DNA of 64,000 nucleotides. Source: an uncultured Candidatus Rokubacteria bacterium (GTDB lineage Bacteria > Methylomirabilota > Methylomirabilia > Rokubacteriales > DASRDR01). Of this stretch, positions 38,031 through 47,731 are shown one piece after another. The notes below the pieces were generated by a model, which did not search any database, was not told the DNA's origin, and saw only the letters and a program-made list of their open reading frames with translations. The stretch is from assembly GCA_963708025.1 (NCBI GenBank), contig CAVPSB010000013.1, positions 32,001 to 96,000 of the forward strand, given 5' to 3'. Each line of letters starts with the position of its first letter. Position 1 is the stretch's first letter. The position numbers and the translations under genes were made by a program.

Positions 38031-39884
38031 TCGGGTGGCGACGTCCTCGTGGAGGTAGACCAGCGTCCGGTAGGGCGAGAGCGCGAGCGCGGCGCGTCCG
38101 CCCTCGAGGCCGGCCGGCGCCGCGGCCGGCCCCGGCCCGCCGAACTCCCGCGCCTCGCTGTCGAGATGGAGCCGCCAGCGACCCTCCGGCACCACGACCT
38201 CGACGTCGCCGGGCGCCGCACCGTAGCCGAGGACCACCCACGCCGCCTCGCCGGTCGCGGCCCACCGGTGGAGCGCGAGGGTCGACCCGCCGCGCGTCAG
38301 GCGGGTCCGCTCCCGGTCCGGCGCCCGGAGCGCCGGATGGGTGGCGCGCAGGCGCAGCAGCTCCCGGTACCAGGCGAGGACGTGCGCCTGGGGCGGCTCC
38401 GCCCGGCGGCGCCGGTCGAGCCGGCAGGCGGCGAAGGTCGCCTCGGCCTGAGGATCGGGAACCTCGACGTCCCAGGCGAACTTCGCGAACTCACGGCGAC
38501 GACCGTGGCGCACGGCCTCCCCGAGTGCCGGATCGCCGAAGCTCGTGAAGAAGGCGAAGGGCGCCGTCTCGCCGTACTCCTCGCCCATGAACACGAGGGG
38601 CAGGTAGGGGGCGCAGAGTACCGTGGCGGCCGCGAGCTTCACCGCGGCCAGCGGCACCTCGGTGATCAGGCGCCGGCCGCACCCGCCATTCCCCACCTGG
38701 TCGTGGTTCTGGGCGAAGACGACGAAGGCCTCCCCGGGCAGCCCGACGCTCGGGGTGCCGAGCACGAAGCCCCTGAAAGGCGAGAGCCGGCCCTGGTACA
38801 CCCAGGCGTCCCGGAGGGCGACCTCGAGGTCGTCCAGGCCGCCCGTGAAGTCGTCGTAGTAGCCGCCACGGGCCCCGGTGAGCGTGACCCGGAGCGCGTG
38901 GTGCAGGTCGTCGCTCCACTGCGAGGCGAGCCCGTAGCCGCCCCGGCTCCGCGGCAGGACGATCCGGCACTCGTTCCGGTTCGATTCCGCGATCACGTGG
39001 ACCGCGCGACCGAGCTCCTGGGCCTGCCTCTCGACCGCCTCCCCCAGCTCGGCCAGGATGTGGGTCCGGCCCGTGTCCCGGATGGCGTGGACGGCGTCGA
39101 GCCGCAACCCGTCCAGGTGATACTCCCGGATCCAGTAGCAGGCGTTTCCCAGGACGTGGCGCCGGACCCCGGCCGACTCCTCGCCGTCCCAGTTCAGGCC
39201 CTCGCCCCACGGCGTCCGGGACTCCGCGAAGTAGGGCCCGAACTCGGCCAGGTAGTTCCCCTCCGGGCCCAGGTGGTTGTAGACGACGTCGAGGATGACC
39301 GCGAGGCCCGTCCGATGGGCGGCGTCCACCAGGCGCCGCAAGCCCTCCGGCCCACCGTAGCTCGACTGGGGCGCGAAGAGGTGCACGCCGTCGTAGCCCC
39401 AGTTCCGGGGACCGGGGAACTCCGCCAGCGGCATCAGCTCGACCGCCGTGAGGCCGAGGTCCCGCAGCTCCGGGAGGTGCGGGATCACGGCCTCGAAGGT
39501 GCCGGCTTGCGTGAAGGTGCCGACGTGCAGCTCGTAGAGGCGCAGGTCGGCCAGCGGCACGCCTCGCCAGTCGGCGTCCGTCCAGCGAAAGGCGGCGGGA
39601 TCCACGACGGCCGACGGACCGTGGACGCCATCCGGCTGGGAGCGGGAGACAGGATCGGGCCGACCGGCCCGGCCGTCGGGGCGATAGTGATAGCGGGCCC
39701 CGACCTCGAGATCCGGCACCAGGGCCTCGAAGATGCCGGCCGGCCGGGGCGCCAGCGCCAGGCGCCGGGCCGGCCCCGGACCCACGATCTCCACCTCGAC
39801 CCGGCGGCAGCGCGGCGCCCAGACGCGGAAGCGCACGCCGCGTGGGTCGGGGCGGGCGCCGAGGTCGGACCCGCCGGAGGCCAG
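38028..39884 (-). CDS. treZ: Malto-oligosyltrehalose trehalohydrolase; start codon uncertain
   Basis: FRVWAP, PDPVSRSQPDGVHGPS, YELHVGTF, WGYDGV, DVVYNHLGPEGNYL, RLDAVHAI, QNHDQVGN, FMGEEYG. Confidence 0.93.
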   Translation of the reverse strand: MASGGSDLGARPDPRGVRFRVWAPRCRRVEVEIVGPGPARRLALAPRPAGIFEALVPDLEVGARYHYRPDGRAGRPDPVSRSQPDGVHGPSAVVDPAAFRWTDADWRGVPLADLRLYELHVGTFTQAGTFEAVIPHLPELRDLGLTAVELMPLAEFPGPRNWGYDGVHLFAPQSSYGGPEGLRRLVDAAHRTGLAVILDVVYNHLGPEGNYLAEFGPYFAESRTPWGEGLNWDGEESAGVRRHVLGNACYWIREYHLDGLRLDAVHAIRDTGRTHILAELGEAVERQAQELGRAVHVIAESNRNECRIVLPRSRGGYGLASQWSDDLHHALRVTLTGARGGYYDDFTGGLDDLEVALRDAWVYQGRLSPFRGFVLGTPSVGLPGEAFVVFAQNHDQVGNGGCGRRLITEVPLAAVKLAAATVLCAPYLPLVFMGEEYGETAPFAFFTSFGDPALGEAVRHGRRREFAKFAWDVEVPDPQAEATFAACRLDRRRRAEPPQAHVLAWYRELLRLRATHPALRAPDRERTRLTRGGSTLALHRWAATGEAAWVVLGYGAAPGDVEVVVPEGRWRLHLDSEAREFGGPGPAAAPAGLEGGRAALALSPYRTLVYLHEDVATR

Positions 39885-39901
39885 GTCTCCGCCGGCGGTT
39901 G

Positions 39902-40213
39902 CTACCAGCGGGGCGATCGGCGCGGACCCCCGCCGCCGCGGCCGCCACCACCGCCCGGGCGCGCCCCCTGGGGGTTGGCGATCTGGACCGTGATCGGACG
40001 GCCGTCGAGGTTCTGCCCGTTCAGCGTGCTGATCGCGGCCTGCGCCTCCTCGTTGGTGGACATCTCCACGAAGCCGAAGCCGCGCGACTGGCCCGAGTCT
40101 CGATCGGTGATGACGGTGGCGGACTCGACGGTCCCGCACCGGGCGAACTGCTCCCGCAGCGTCTCGGACGTCGTCGAGTAGGAAAGTCCTCCCACGTACA
40201 GCTTGACTGCCAT
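39902..40213 (-). CDS. RRM RNA-binding protein with Gly-rich tail
   Basis: LYVGGLSY (RNP2), RGFGFVEM (RNP1); AAAGGAGG RBS. Confidence 0.95.
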   Translation of the reverse strand: MAVKLYVGGLSYSTTSETLREQFARCGTVESATVITDRDSGQSRGFGFVEMSTNEEAQAAISTLNGQNLDGRPITVQIANPQGARPGGGGGRGGGGPRRSPRW

Positions 40214-40263
40214 GCTGCCTCCTTTGTGAGGGCCCGGACGAACCCAGGGGCGTACGCGGTTCG

Positions 40264-40293
40264 AGCATATCGGCTAGCCGGCGGTGCCGTCAA
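40264..40293 (-). promoter_or_regulatory. Putative sigma70 promoter for the RRM gene
   Basis: TTGACG-N18-TATGCT on the minus strand; divergent TATAAT at 40313-40318 on the plus strand. Confidence 0.45.
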
Positions 40294-40388
40294 ATCACCA
40301 CGGCGGTTCGTCTATAATACCGGGGCATCGGGGCCCCATCGGCGCCCTTCGATTCCCCGCGAGACCGAGGCACCAAGGAGGCGAGACG

Positions 40389-41549
40389 ATGAGACGGACA
40401 CTCCTGCTCGTGGCGTGCGCGATCGCGCTGGCGGCGACTCCGGCGGCGGCCGCCGAGAAGGTCAAGATCGGGTTCATCGCCACCTTCTCCGGCCCGATCG
40501 GGGTCATCGGGCAGCACATGATCGACGCGTTCACGCTCGGCATCGAGCACGCGGGCGGGAAGCTCGGCGGGCTCCCGGTCGAGGTCGTCAAGGAAGACGA
40601 CCAGCTCAAGCCCGACGTCGGCCTCCAGGTGGCGAAGAAGCTGCTCGAGCGCGATCGCGTCAACTTCGTGGTCGGCACCGTGTTCTCCAACGTCATGATG
40701 GCCATCTACAGGCCGATCGTCAACGCCCGGATCTTCCTCATCGGCTCGAACGCCGGGCCGTCGCCCATCGCCGGGGCCCAGTGCTCGCCCTGGTTCTTCT
40801 CGGTCTCCTGGCAGAACGACCAGCCCCACGAGGCGATGGGCAAGCACGTCCAGGACAAGGGCGTGAAGCGCGTCTACCTGATGGCCCCGAACTACCAGGC
40901 CGGCAAGGACGCCCTGGCCGGGTTCAAGCGCTACTTCAAGGGGGAGGTCGTCGGCGAGGTCTACACCCAGATCAACCAGACCGACTACTCGGCCGAGCTG
41001 GCCCAGCTCCGGGCCGCCAAGCCCGACGCGCTCTACACCTTCCACCCCGGCGGGCTGGGCGTCAACTTCGTCAAGCAGTACGCGCAGGCCGGGCTGATGT
41101 CCGAGGTGCCGTTCTTCTCGGCCTTCACCATCGACGAGACGACGCTCAAGGCCCAGGGCGACGCGGCCGTCGGCACTTTCGGCACCGCCTTCTGGAGCGC
41201 GGACCTCAAGAACCCGGCCAACGAGCGCTTCGTGGCCGAGTTCCGGAAGAAGTTCGGCTACGAGCCGTCAACCTATTCGGCGCAGTCCTACGACGCCGCT
41301 CTCCTGCTGGACGCCGGCATCAAGGCCGTCGGGGGCAAGATCGAGGACAAGGAGTCGCTGCGGGCGGCCTTCCGCAAGGCCGACTTCCGGTCGGTGCGCG
41401 GGGCCTTCAAGTACAACACCAACCACTTCCCGATCCAGAACTTCTACCTGCGCCAGGTCGTGAAGGAGGGGGCTGACCTCAAGCTCGTGAGCCGCGGCCT
41501 CGTCTTCAGCGAGCACGCCGACGTGTATGCGAAGGACTGCAAGATGTGA
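40389..41549 (+). CDS. Branched-chain-type ABC substrate-binding protein (aromatic-acid-binding-like)
   Basis: Signal peptide; KIGFIATFSGP, EDDQLKPD, FSNVMMA, SNAGPS, APNYQAG. Confidence 0.9.
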   Translation: MRRTLLLVACAIALAATPAAAAEKVKIGFIATFSGPIGVIGQHMIDAFTLGIEHAGGKLGGLPVEVVKEDDQLKPDVGLQVAKKLLERDRVNFVVGTVFSNVMMAIYRPIVNARIFLIGSNAGPSPIAGAQCSPWFFSVSWQNDQPHEAMGKHVQDKGVKRVYLMAPNYQAGKDALAGFKRYFKGEVVGEVYTQINQTDYSAELAQLRAAKPDALYTFHPGGLGVNFVKQYAQAGLMSEVPFFSAFTIDETTLKAQGDAAVGTFGTAFWSADLKNPANERFVAEFRKKFGYEPSTYSAQSYDAALLLDAGIKAVGGKIEDKESLRAAFRKADFRSVRGAFKYNTNHFPIQNFYLRQVVKEGADLKLVSRGLVFSEHADVYAKDCKM

Positions 41550-41578
41550 GGTAGGGCGGGAAGCGCCGCTCCCACCCC

Positions 41579-42493
41579 ATGCTGCTGCTCATCCAGGCCC
41601 TGAACGGGCTCCAGCTCGGGGTCATGCTCTTCCTGATGGCGGCCGGGCTCACCCTCGTCTTCGGGATCATGAACCTGGTCAACCTCGCCCACGGCTCTCT
41701 CTACATGGTCGGCGCCTACTTCGCGGCCGTCTTTCAGCAGTGGACGGGCTCGTTCCTGCTCGCGGTCCTCCTCGCCCTGCCCGCCACCGCGCTGGTGGGG
41801 GTCGCCGTCGAGGTCGTGGTCCTGCGCACCCTCTACGCTCGCGATCACCTCGACCAGGTGCTGGCCACGTTCGGGCTCATCCTGTTCTTCAACGAGATGG
41901 TACGGATCCTGGGCGGCAAGGCGGCCCGCTACATGGCGCTGCCGGCCGGCCTCGAGGGCCACGTGACCCTCCTGCCCGGCGTTCGCTACCCGGCCTACCG
42001 GCTGGCGATCGTCTCGGTGGGGCTCGCGGTCGCCCTCTTCCTCTACCTCCTCATCACGCGCACCCGGCTCGGCATGCTGATCCGGGCGGGGGCGAGCAAC
42101 CGGACGATGGTGGGCGCGCTGGGGGTGAACATCCGCCTGCTCTACACGCTGGTCTTCGGGCTCGGCGCGGCGCTGGCCGGCCTGGCCGGCCTCATGGCGG
42201 GCCCCACCGTGTCCATCGAGTCCGGGATGGGCGAGCCGGTGCTGATCCTCACCTTCGTGGTCATCGTGATCGGGGGCATCGGATCGATCCGGGGCGCCCT
42301 GGTGGCCGCACTCCTGGTGGGCCTGGTGGACACCGTCGGGCGCGCCTTCCTGCCGCCGCTCCTGGGCACGGTCCTGCCGCCCCAGGCGGCGAACCAGGCC
42401 GGCCCGGCCCTGGCCTCCATGCTCATCTACGTCCTCATGGCCGCCGTCCTCGCGTTCCGGCCCGAGGGGCTCTTCCCGGCCCGCGCCGGCTGA
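41579..42493 (+). CDS. Branched-chain ABC permease (LivH family)
   Basis: AAGLTLVFG..VNLAHGSLYM, TRLGMLIRA, VVIVIGGIGS. Confidence 0.92.
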   Translation: MLLLIQALNGLQLGVMLFLMAAGLTLVFGIMNLVNLAHGSLYMVGAYFAAVFQQWTGSFLLAVLLALPATALVGVAVEVVVLRTLYARDHLDQVLATFGLILFFNEMVRILGGKAARYMALPAGLEGHVTLLPGVRYPAYRLAIVSVGLAVALFLYLLITRTRLGMLIRAGASNRTMVGALGVNIRLLYTLVFGLGAALAGLAGLMAGPTVSIESGMGEPVLILTFVVIVIGGIGSIRGALVAALLVGLVDTVGRAFLPPLLGTVLPPQAANQAGPALASMLIYVLMAAVLAFRPEGLFPARAG

Positions 42494-43437
42494 TGCGTCA
42501 CCGGCTGGGCGTCCTCACGCTGGCGGTGGGGTTGGTGGTGCTGGCCCTCGTGCCCCCGGCCGCCCGGGCGCTCGACGAGCCCTTCTACCTCACGCTGTTC
42601 GGTCGGATCATGATCTTCGCGATCGCCGCCCTGAGCCTGGACCTCATCCTGGGCTACGGAGGGCTGGTCAGCTTCGGGCACGCCGCCTACCTGGGCGTCG
42701 GCGTCTACACGGTGGGCATCCTCTCCGCCCACGGCGTCGGCAGCGGCTTCGTCCAGTGGCCGGTCGCCGTCCTGGCCTCGGCCCTGATCGCCGCGGCGAT
42801 CGGCGCCGTGTCGCTCCGGACGAGCGGCGTGTCCTTCATCATGATCACCCTCGCCTTCGCCCAGATGCTCTACTTCCTGGGCGTCAGCCTGAAGGCGTAC
42901 GGCGGCGACGACGGCATGACGATCGCGAGCCGCAGCCGGTTCGGGGGCCTCCTCGATCTCGAGGAGGCCTCGGTCTTCTACTACCTGGTCCTGGTGCTCC
43001 TGCTCGGGTTCCACTACCTCGCCTGGCGGCTCGTCCACTCGCGGTTCGGCATGGTGGTCCGCGGCTGCCGCTCCAACGAGCGGCGGATGCGCGCGATCGG
43101 CTTCCCGACCTACCGCTACAAGCTCACCGCCTTCGTCATCGCCGGCACGATGTGCGGGGTGGCCGGCGTGCTGCTCGCGAACTTCACCAAGTACATGAGC
43201 CCGGCTTTCATGCACTGGACGCGCTCGGGGGAGATCATGGTCATGGTGATCCTGGGCGGGATGGGCACCGTCTTCGGCCCGGCCCTCGGCGCCTTCGCCT
43301 TCCTGCTCCTCGAGGAGCTGCTCGCCGGGTACACCGAGTACTGGCCGGTTTTCCTGGGCCCGATCCTCGTCTTCATCGTGCTGTTCGCCAAGCGGGGGTT
43401 GTTCGGCCTCCTCTTTCCCGCCGTGCGCCGTGGCTGA
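42493..43437 (+). CDS. Branched-chain ABC permease (LivM family)
   Basis: LGYGGLVSFGHAAY, MITLAFAQ, GGDDG, SRFG..NERR, ILGGMGT. Confidence 0.92.
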   Translation: MRHRLGVLTLAVGLVVLALVPPAARALDEPFYLTLFGRIMIFAIAALSLDLILGYGGLVSFGHAAYLGVGVYTVGILSAHGVGSGFVQWPVAVLASALIAAAIGAVSLRTSGVSFIMITLAFAQMLYFLGVSLKAYGGDDGMTIASRSRFGGLLDLEEASVFYYLVLVLLLGFHYLAWRLVHSRFGMVVRGCRSNERRMRAIGFPTYRYKLTAFVIAGTMCGVAGVLLANFTKYMSPAFMHWTRSGEIMVMVILGGMGTVFGPALGAFAFLLLEELLAGYTEYWPVFLGPILVFIVLFAKRGLFGLLFPAVRRG

Positions 43438-44194
43438 AGCGCTCCTCGAGACCCGGGGCCTCACCAAGCGGTTCGGCGGCGTCGTGGCCACCGACCAGGT
43501 GAGCCTGGCCGTCCAGTCCGGGGAGATCCACGCGGTGATCGGGCCAAACGGCGCCGGCAAGACCACCCTCATCGCCCAGCTCGCCGGCGAGCTGGCCCCC
43601 GACGCCGGGGCCATCCGCTTCGCGGGTGCCGACGTGACCGCCCTGCCCGTCCACGCCCGCTCGGCCCTCGGGCTCGCGCGCTCCTTCCAGATCACCAGCA
43701 TCTTCCGCGACTTCCCGGTGCTCGAGAACGTCGCCCTCGCCGTGCAGGCGCACGCCGGGCACAGCTTCCGCTTCTGGCGCGACACCCGGCGCCAGGCGGC
43801 CCTCCGCGACCCGGCCCGCGCCGTCCTGCGCGACGTCGGCCTGCTCGACCGGGCCGACGTCGTGGCCGCCGACCTCGCCCACGGCGAGCAGCGCCAGCTC
43901 GAGATCGCGATGGCCCTGGCGACGCGGCCGCGCCTCCTGCTCCTGGACGAGCCGACCGCGGGGATGGGTCCCGAGGAGTCGGCGCGGATGGTCGCGCTCC
44001 TCCGGACGCTGAGAGGCCAGCAGACCCTGGTCCTGGTCGAGCACGACATGGACGCCGTCTTCGCGCTCGCCGACCGTATCACGGTGCTGGTCTACGGGCG
44101 GGTCATCGCGACCGGACCGCCCGATGCCATCGCCGCCAGCCCGGTCGTCCGCGAGGCCTATCTCGGCGACTGGGCCGAGGGAGGGGGCGCGTAG
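43430..44194 (+). CDS. Branched-chain ABC ATPase (LivG family)
   Basis: GPNGAGKTT, ARSFQ, LLLDEPTAG, VEHDMD, VREAYLG. Confidence 0.93.
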   Translation: MAEALLETRGLTKRFGGVVATDQVSLAVQSGEIHAVIGPNGAGKTTLIAQLAGELAPDAGAIRFAGADVTALPVHARSALGLARSFQITSIFRDFPVLENVALAVQAHAGHSFRFWRDTRRQAALRDPARAVLRDVGLLDRADVVAADLAHGEQRQLEIAMALATRPRLLLLDEPTAGMGPEESARMVALLRTLRGQQTLVLVEHDMDAVFALADRITVLVYGRVIATGPPDAIAASPVVREAYLGDWAEGGGA

Positions 44195-44916
44195 TGCTGG
44201 AGGTGGAGGGCGTCGAGACCTGTTACGGGGAGAGCCAGGTGCTCTTCGGCATGAGCCTCGCCGTCGGCGCCGGCGAGGTCATCACCCTGCTCGGCCGGAA
44301 CGGCATGGGCAAGACCACCACCGTGCGAACGATCATGGGGCTGACGCCGCCGCGGGCCGGGGTGATCCGCTTCGAGGGCCGGGCCATCCACCGGTGGCCC
44401 GACTACCGGATCGCCCAGGCCGGGCTCGGGCTGGTGCCCGAGGGCCGGCAGGTCTTCCCGAACCTCACCGTGCGCGAGAACCTGGTCGCCACCGCCGCCA
44501 ACCGGCGCCGGGTGGTCGAGCCGTGGACGCTCGAGCGCGTCCTCGCGTTCTTCCCCGCGCTGGCCGCCCGGCAGCGCGGGCTGGGGAGCGCCCTCTCCGG
44601 CGGCGAGCAGCAGATGCTCGCCATCGGGCGGGCGCTGATGACCAACCCCCGGCTCCTGATCCTCGACGAGGCGACCGAGGGCCTGGCGCCGCTCGTCCGG
44701 GCGGAGATCTGGCGGTGCCTGGGAACGCTCAAGGCCGCCGGGCAGGCCATCCTCGTCATCGACAAGAACGTCGAGGCGCTGACCCGCATCGCCGACCGGC
44801 ACTACGTCATCGAGAAGGGCCGGGTCGTGTGGACCGGCGACTCCGCCGCGCTGCGGTCGGCGGCCGACGTCCAGCTCCGCCACCTCGGCGTCGCGCGAAG
44901 GGGAGGAACACCGTGA
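44194..44916 (+). CDS. Branched-chain ABC ATPase (LivF family)
   Basis: GRNGMGKTT, VPEGRQVF, LSGGEQQMLAIGRAL, LDEATEGLAP. Confidence 0.93.
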   Translation: MLEVEGVETCYGESQVLFGMSLAVGAGEVITLLGRNGMGKTTTVRTIMGLTPPRAGVIRFEGRAIHRWPDYRIAQAGLGLVPEGRQVFPNLTVRENLVATAANRRRVVEPWTLERVLAFFPALAARQRGLGSALSGGEQQMLAIGRALMTNPRLLILDEATEGLAPLVRAEIWRCLGTLKAAGQAILVIDKNVEALTRIADRHYVIEKGRVVWTGDSAALRSAADVQLRHLGVARRGGTP

Positions 44917-46142
44917 GGATCGCGCCGTTCCGCGGCTACCGCCACGGCGGTACCGCGCGGGACCTGACCTCCGTCGTGGCGCCGCCCTACGACCAGATCA
45001 GCCCGCCCATGCAGGAGGCGCTCTACGCCATGAGCCCGGACAACATCGTCCGGGTCTCCTTCCCGCGAGACACGGCGGACGACAAGTACCGCCGGGCCCG
45101 GGAGACGCTCGATCGCTGGCTGGCGGAGGGGGTGTGGGTGCGCGAGGAGGTGCCCGCGATCTATCCCTACCAGCAGACCTACGGTGTGGGCGACGCCACC
45201 ATCACCCGGGCCGGCCTGGTCGTCCTCGGGGAGGTGACGCCGTACGCGCAGGGCACCGTCCTGCCCCACGAGCGGACCCACGCCGGCCCCAAGCGTGACC
45301 GCATGCGGCTCCTCGAGGCGACCGGCGCGGACATCGGCCTCCTCTTCATGCTGGCCAGCGACCCGACGGGCGAGATCCGGCGGGCCAGCACCCTGGCGAC
45401 CGACCCGATCGCCGAGGCCCGGGACCTGCGTGGCGAGACGCACCGGCTCTGGCGGGTGACCGACCCGGAGGCGATCCGGCGCGTCCAGGCGGCCACGGCG
45501 GAGGCCCGGGTGATCATCGCCGACGGCCATCATCGCTACGAGACGGCCGTCGAGTACGCGGGGCGACACCCCGAGGGCCGCTACAAGCTGATGGCCCTGT
45601 TCGCCCTCGAGGCGCCGGGCTTGACCATCCTGCCGAACCACCGGCTGGTCCACGGGGTCGAGGGCTTCGCCTGGCCGCGCTTCCTCGCGGCGGCCGCGCC
45701 CTGGTTCGACGCGGCGCCCCTCCCCGACCCCCTCGCGTTCCGGCCGACCAACCGGTCCCTCGGGGTGGTCGCGGGCGTGGAGTCGGCCGTCCTCACGCTG
45801 CGCGACGACGCGTTCGACCGCCTCCCCTGGCCGCCCGGCACCTCCGCGGCCTGGCGCGCGCTGGCGGTGTCGATCCTCCACGAGGGCCTCCTCCGCCCGC
45901 TGCTGGACATCACGGACGCCCGGCTGGATGCCCGGACCCACGTCAACTACACCGCGGACCAGGCGGAGGCGGTGAGCCTGGCCCGCGCCGGCCGCTACCA
46001 GGCGGCGTTCCTGATCGCCCCGACCACGCCGCCCGAGCTGCAGGCGGTCGTGCGGGGCGGCGAGCTCCTGCCCCAGAAGTCGACGCACTTCTACCCGAAG
46101 CTGCTCGACGGGCTGGTGTTCAACAGGCTGGGAGATTCGTAG
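44913..46142 (+). CDS. DUF1015 family protein
   Basis: IAPFRG, APPYD, PHERT, IADGHHRYETA, LPNHRLV, PQKSTHFYPKLLDGL. Confidence 0.92.
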   Translation: MRIAPFRGYRHGGTARDLTSVVAPPYDQISPPMQEALYAMSPDNIVRVSFPRDTADDKYRRARETLDRWLAEGVWVREEVPAIYPYQQTYGVGDATITRAGLVVLGEVTPYAQGTVLPHERTHAGPKRDRMRLLEATGADIGLLFMLASDPTGEIRRASTLATDPIAEARDLRGETHRLWRVTDPEAIRRVQAATAEARVIIADGHHRYETAVEYAGRHPEGRYKLMALFALEAPGLTILPNHRLVHGVEGFAWPRFLAAAAPWFDAAPLPDPLAFRPTNRSLGVVAGVESAVLTLRDDAFDRLPWPPGTSAAWRALAVSILHEGLLRPLLDITDARLDARTHVNYTADQAEAVSLARAGRYQAAFLIAPTTPPELQAVVRGGELLPQKSTHFYPKLLDGLVFNRLGDS

Positions 46143-46200
46143 GAAGGGTTCGGAGGGGACTCCCGTTCGCTGGGAGCCCCCTCCGATGATCTACTGGTCG

Positions 46201-47218
46201 CTACTGGAGCTGGAACGGCTGCATGAACTGCGCGGCGAGATCCAGCGCGACGAACGCCGGCGCCAGCAGGAGCGGCTCGTTGCTGGGATCCCAGACGAAG
46301 CACTCTCCCGCCCAGGCGACGGAGCGGGCCTGGACGGAACTCGGGAGTCCGGCCGGATCCTCGACCCAGACCCGCCCGCCGTTGTCCACCGCGGCGGCAC
46401 GGAACGCCGTCATGGACGGCAGGACGAAGGCGGTACCCGTCTGGCTGCTACAGTTGTCGCCGTCAAAGTACACGGCACCTCCGACCAGCGCGCCGAATTC
46501 GAGTCTCAAGCCAAAGACCGCCCCTTGGCTCTTGAAGCCGACGAGCGGGAACCCAGCGTCGAATGTCACGACGGGCCCGACGACGAGCGGAGTAGTACTG
46601 GAGTCCACAACTTCGACGAATGCCGAGCCCCCGGTGCCCGGGTCACCCTTCGGACCTTGCAGACCCTGCAGCCCTTGCAGACCCTGCAGCCCTTGCAGAC
46701 CCTGCAGCCCTTGCAGACCCTGGGCGCCCTGTGGGCCAGCGGGACCAGCGGGACCAGCCGGGCCGACGGCACCAGCCGGACCGGTCGCGCCTTGCGGACC
46801 AGCCGGGCCCATGGCACCGGCCGGACCGGCCGGACCGGTCAAGCCAGCCGGACCAGCGGGACCAGCCGGCCCGGTCGCGCCCTTGGCACCGGCCGGACCG
46901 GCGACGCCGGCGGGACCAGCCGGGCCCACGGCCCCGGCGGCACCAGTCGCGCCCTTGGGACCGGCCGGAGCCGGCCGGGCCGGTAAGCCCCTGCGCGCCG
47001 ACCGGACCTCTCGGTCCCATCCGATTCCACTCCAGACGCCCCTCGTGTCGCGAGCACCGCTCGCGCGGCCCCACGACGCGCACGTGGCCGTTGGAGTACT
47101 GCACGCACGCGTGAATCACGTCCGAGGACCCGCCGCTGTTGGCCACGGCGACAGCCCCAGCGGCGGCGAGCACAAGCAGGATGACGACGGGACCTCCGCG
47201 ACGGGCCAGCTTGAGCAT
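46201..47218 (-). CDS. Secreted collagen-like protein; frameshift near 46970
   Basis: Signal peptide, IHACV..C..LEWN domain, about 40 Gly-X-Y triplets, globular C-terminus. Confidence 0.85.
46655..46720. repeat. 18-bp tandem repeat encoding (GLQ)7
   Basis: CCTTGCAGACCCTGCAGC x3 plus a partial unit. Confidence 0.9.
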
Positions 47219-47449
47219 TGCCTCGCTCCTCCCTCCCCCTCTAGGGGTTTCCATGTAGAAGAGCAAGTTTCGGACCACGGCTGGAATGGCCCGGTTGGCT
47301 TCTCAGACGGGCACTTGTCGTAGGGGGATTCCCGTATGAGCCGAGGACGTCGCGGCCCGCTTGACGATTTGCGCACCAGCGGTGCCGGATTGACCAGGGT
47401 TCCAATTAGGATCCCCGGGAGTGGAAGCGCCGGGGCCGCCCGGCGAGAC

Positions 47450-47731
47450 TCAGCGCGCCGCGCGAGACCGCCGGGAGGACGGTGGGCGGGGCGTCCGGCC
47501 GAGGCGCCCCGGCTCGACCTCGGGGATCAGGCCGTTCACCTCGCCCAGCGCCCACAGGGCGAGGTGGCACTCGGTCTCGATGATCTGGGCGACCCGCTCC
47601 ACCGCGGGCGCCGTCGCCTCCCGGCGCAGCGCGTGAGCCAGGCGCCGCAGCGTCTGGAGGCGACGCACGGCTCGCGCCCGGTCGCCGGCGCGCGGGCCAG
47701 GCTTTGGTCCGGACCGGGCGCGCCGGCTCAT
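47450..47731 (-). CDS. Small hypothetical protein
   Basis: ATG overlaps the CoA-ligase TGA (ATGA); helical core AVERVAQIIETECHLALWALGE. Confidence 0.5.
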   Translation of the reverse strand: MSRRARSGPKPGPRAGDRARAVRRLQTLRRLAHALRREATAPAVERVAQIIETECHLALWALGEVNGLIPEVEPGRLGRTPRPPSSRRSRAAR

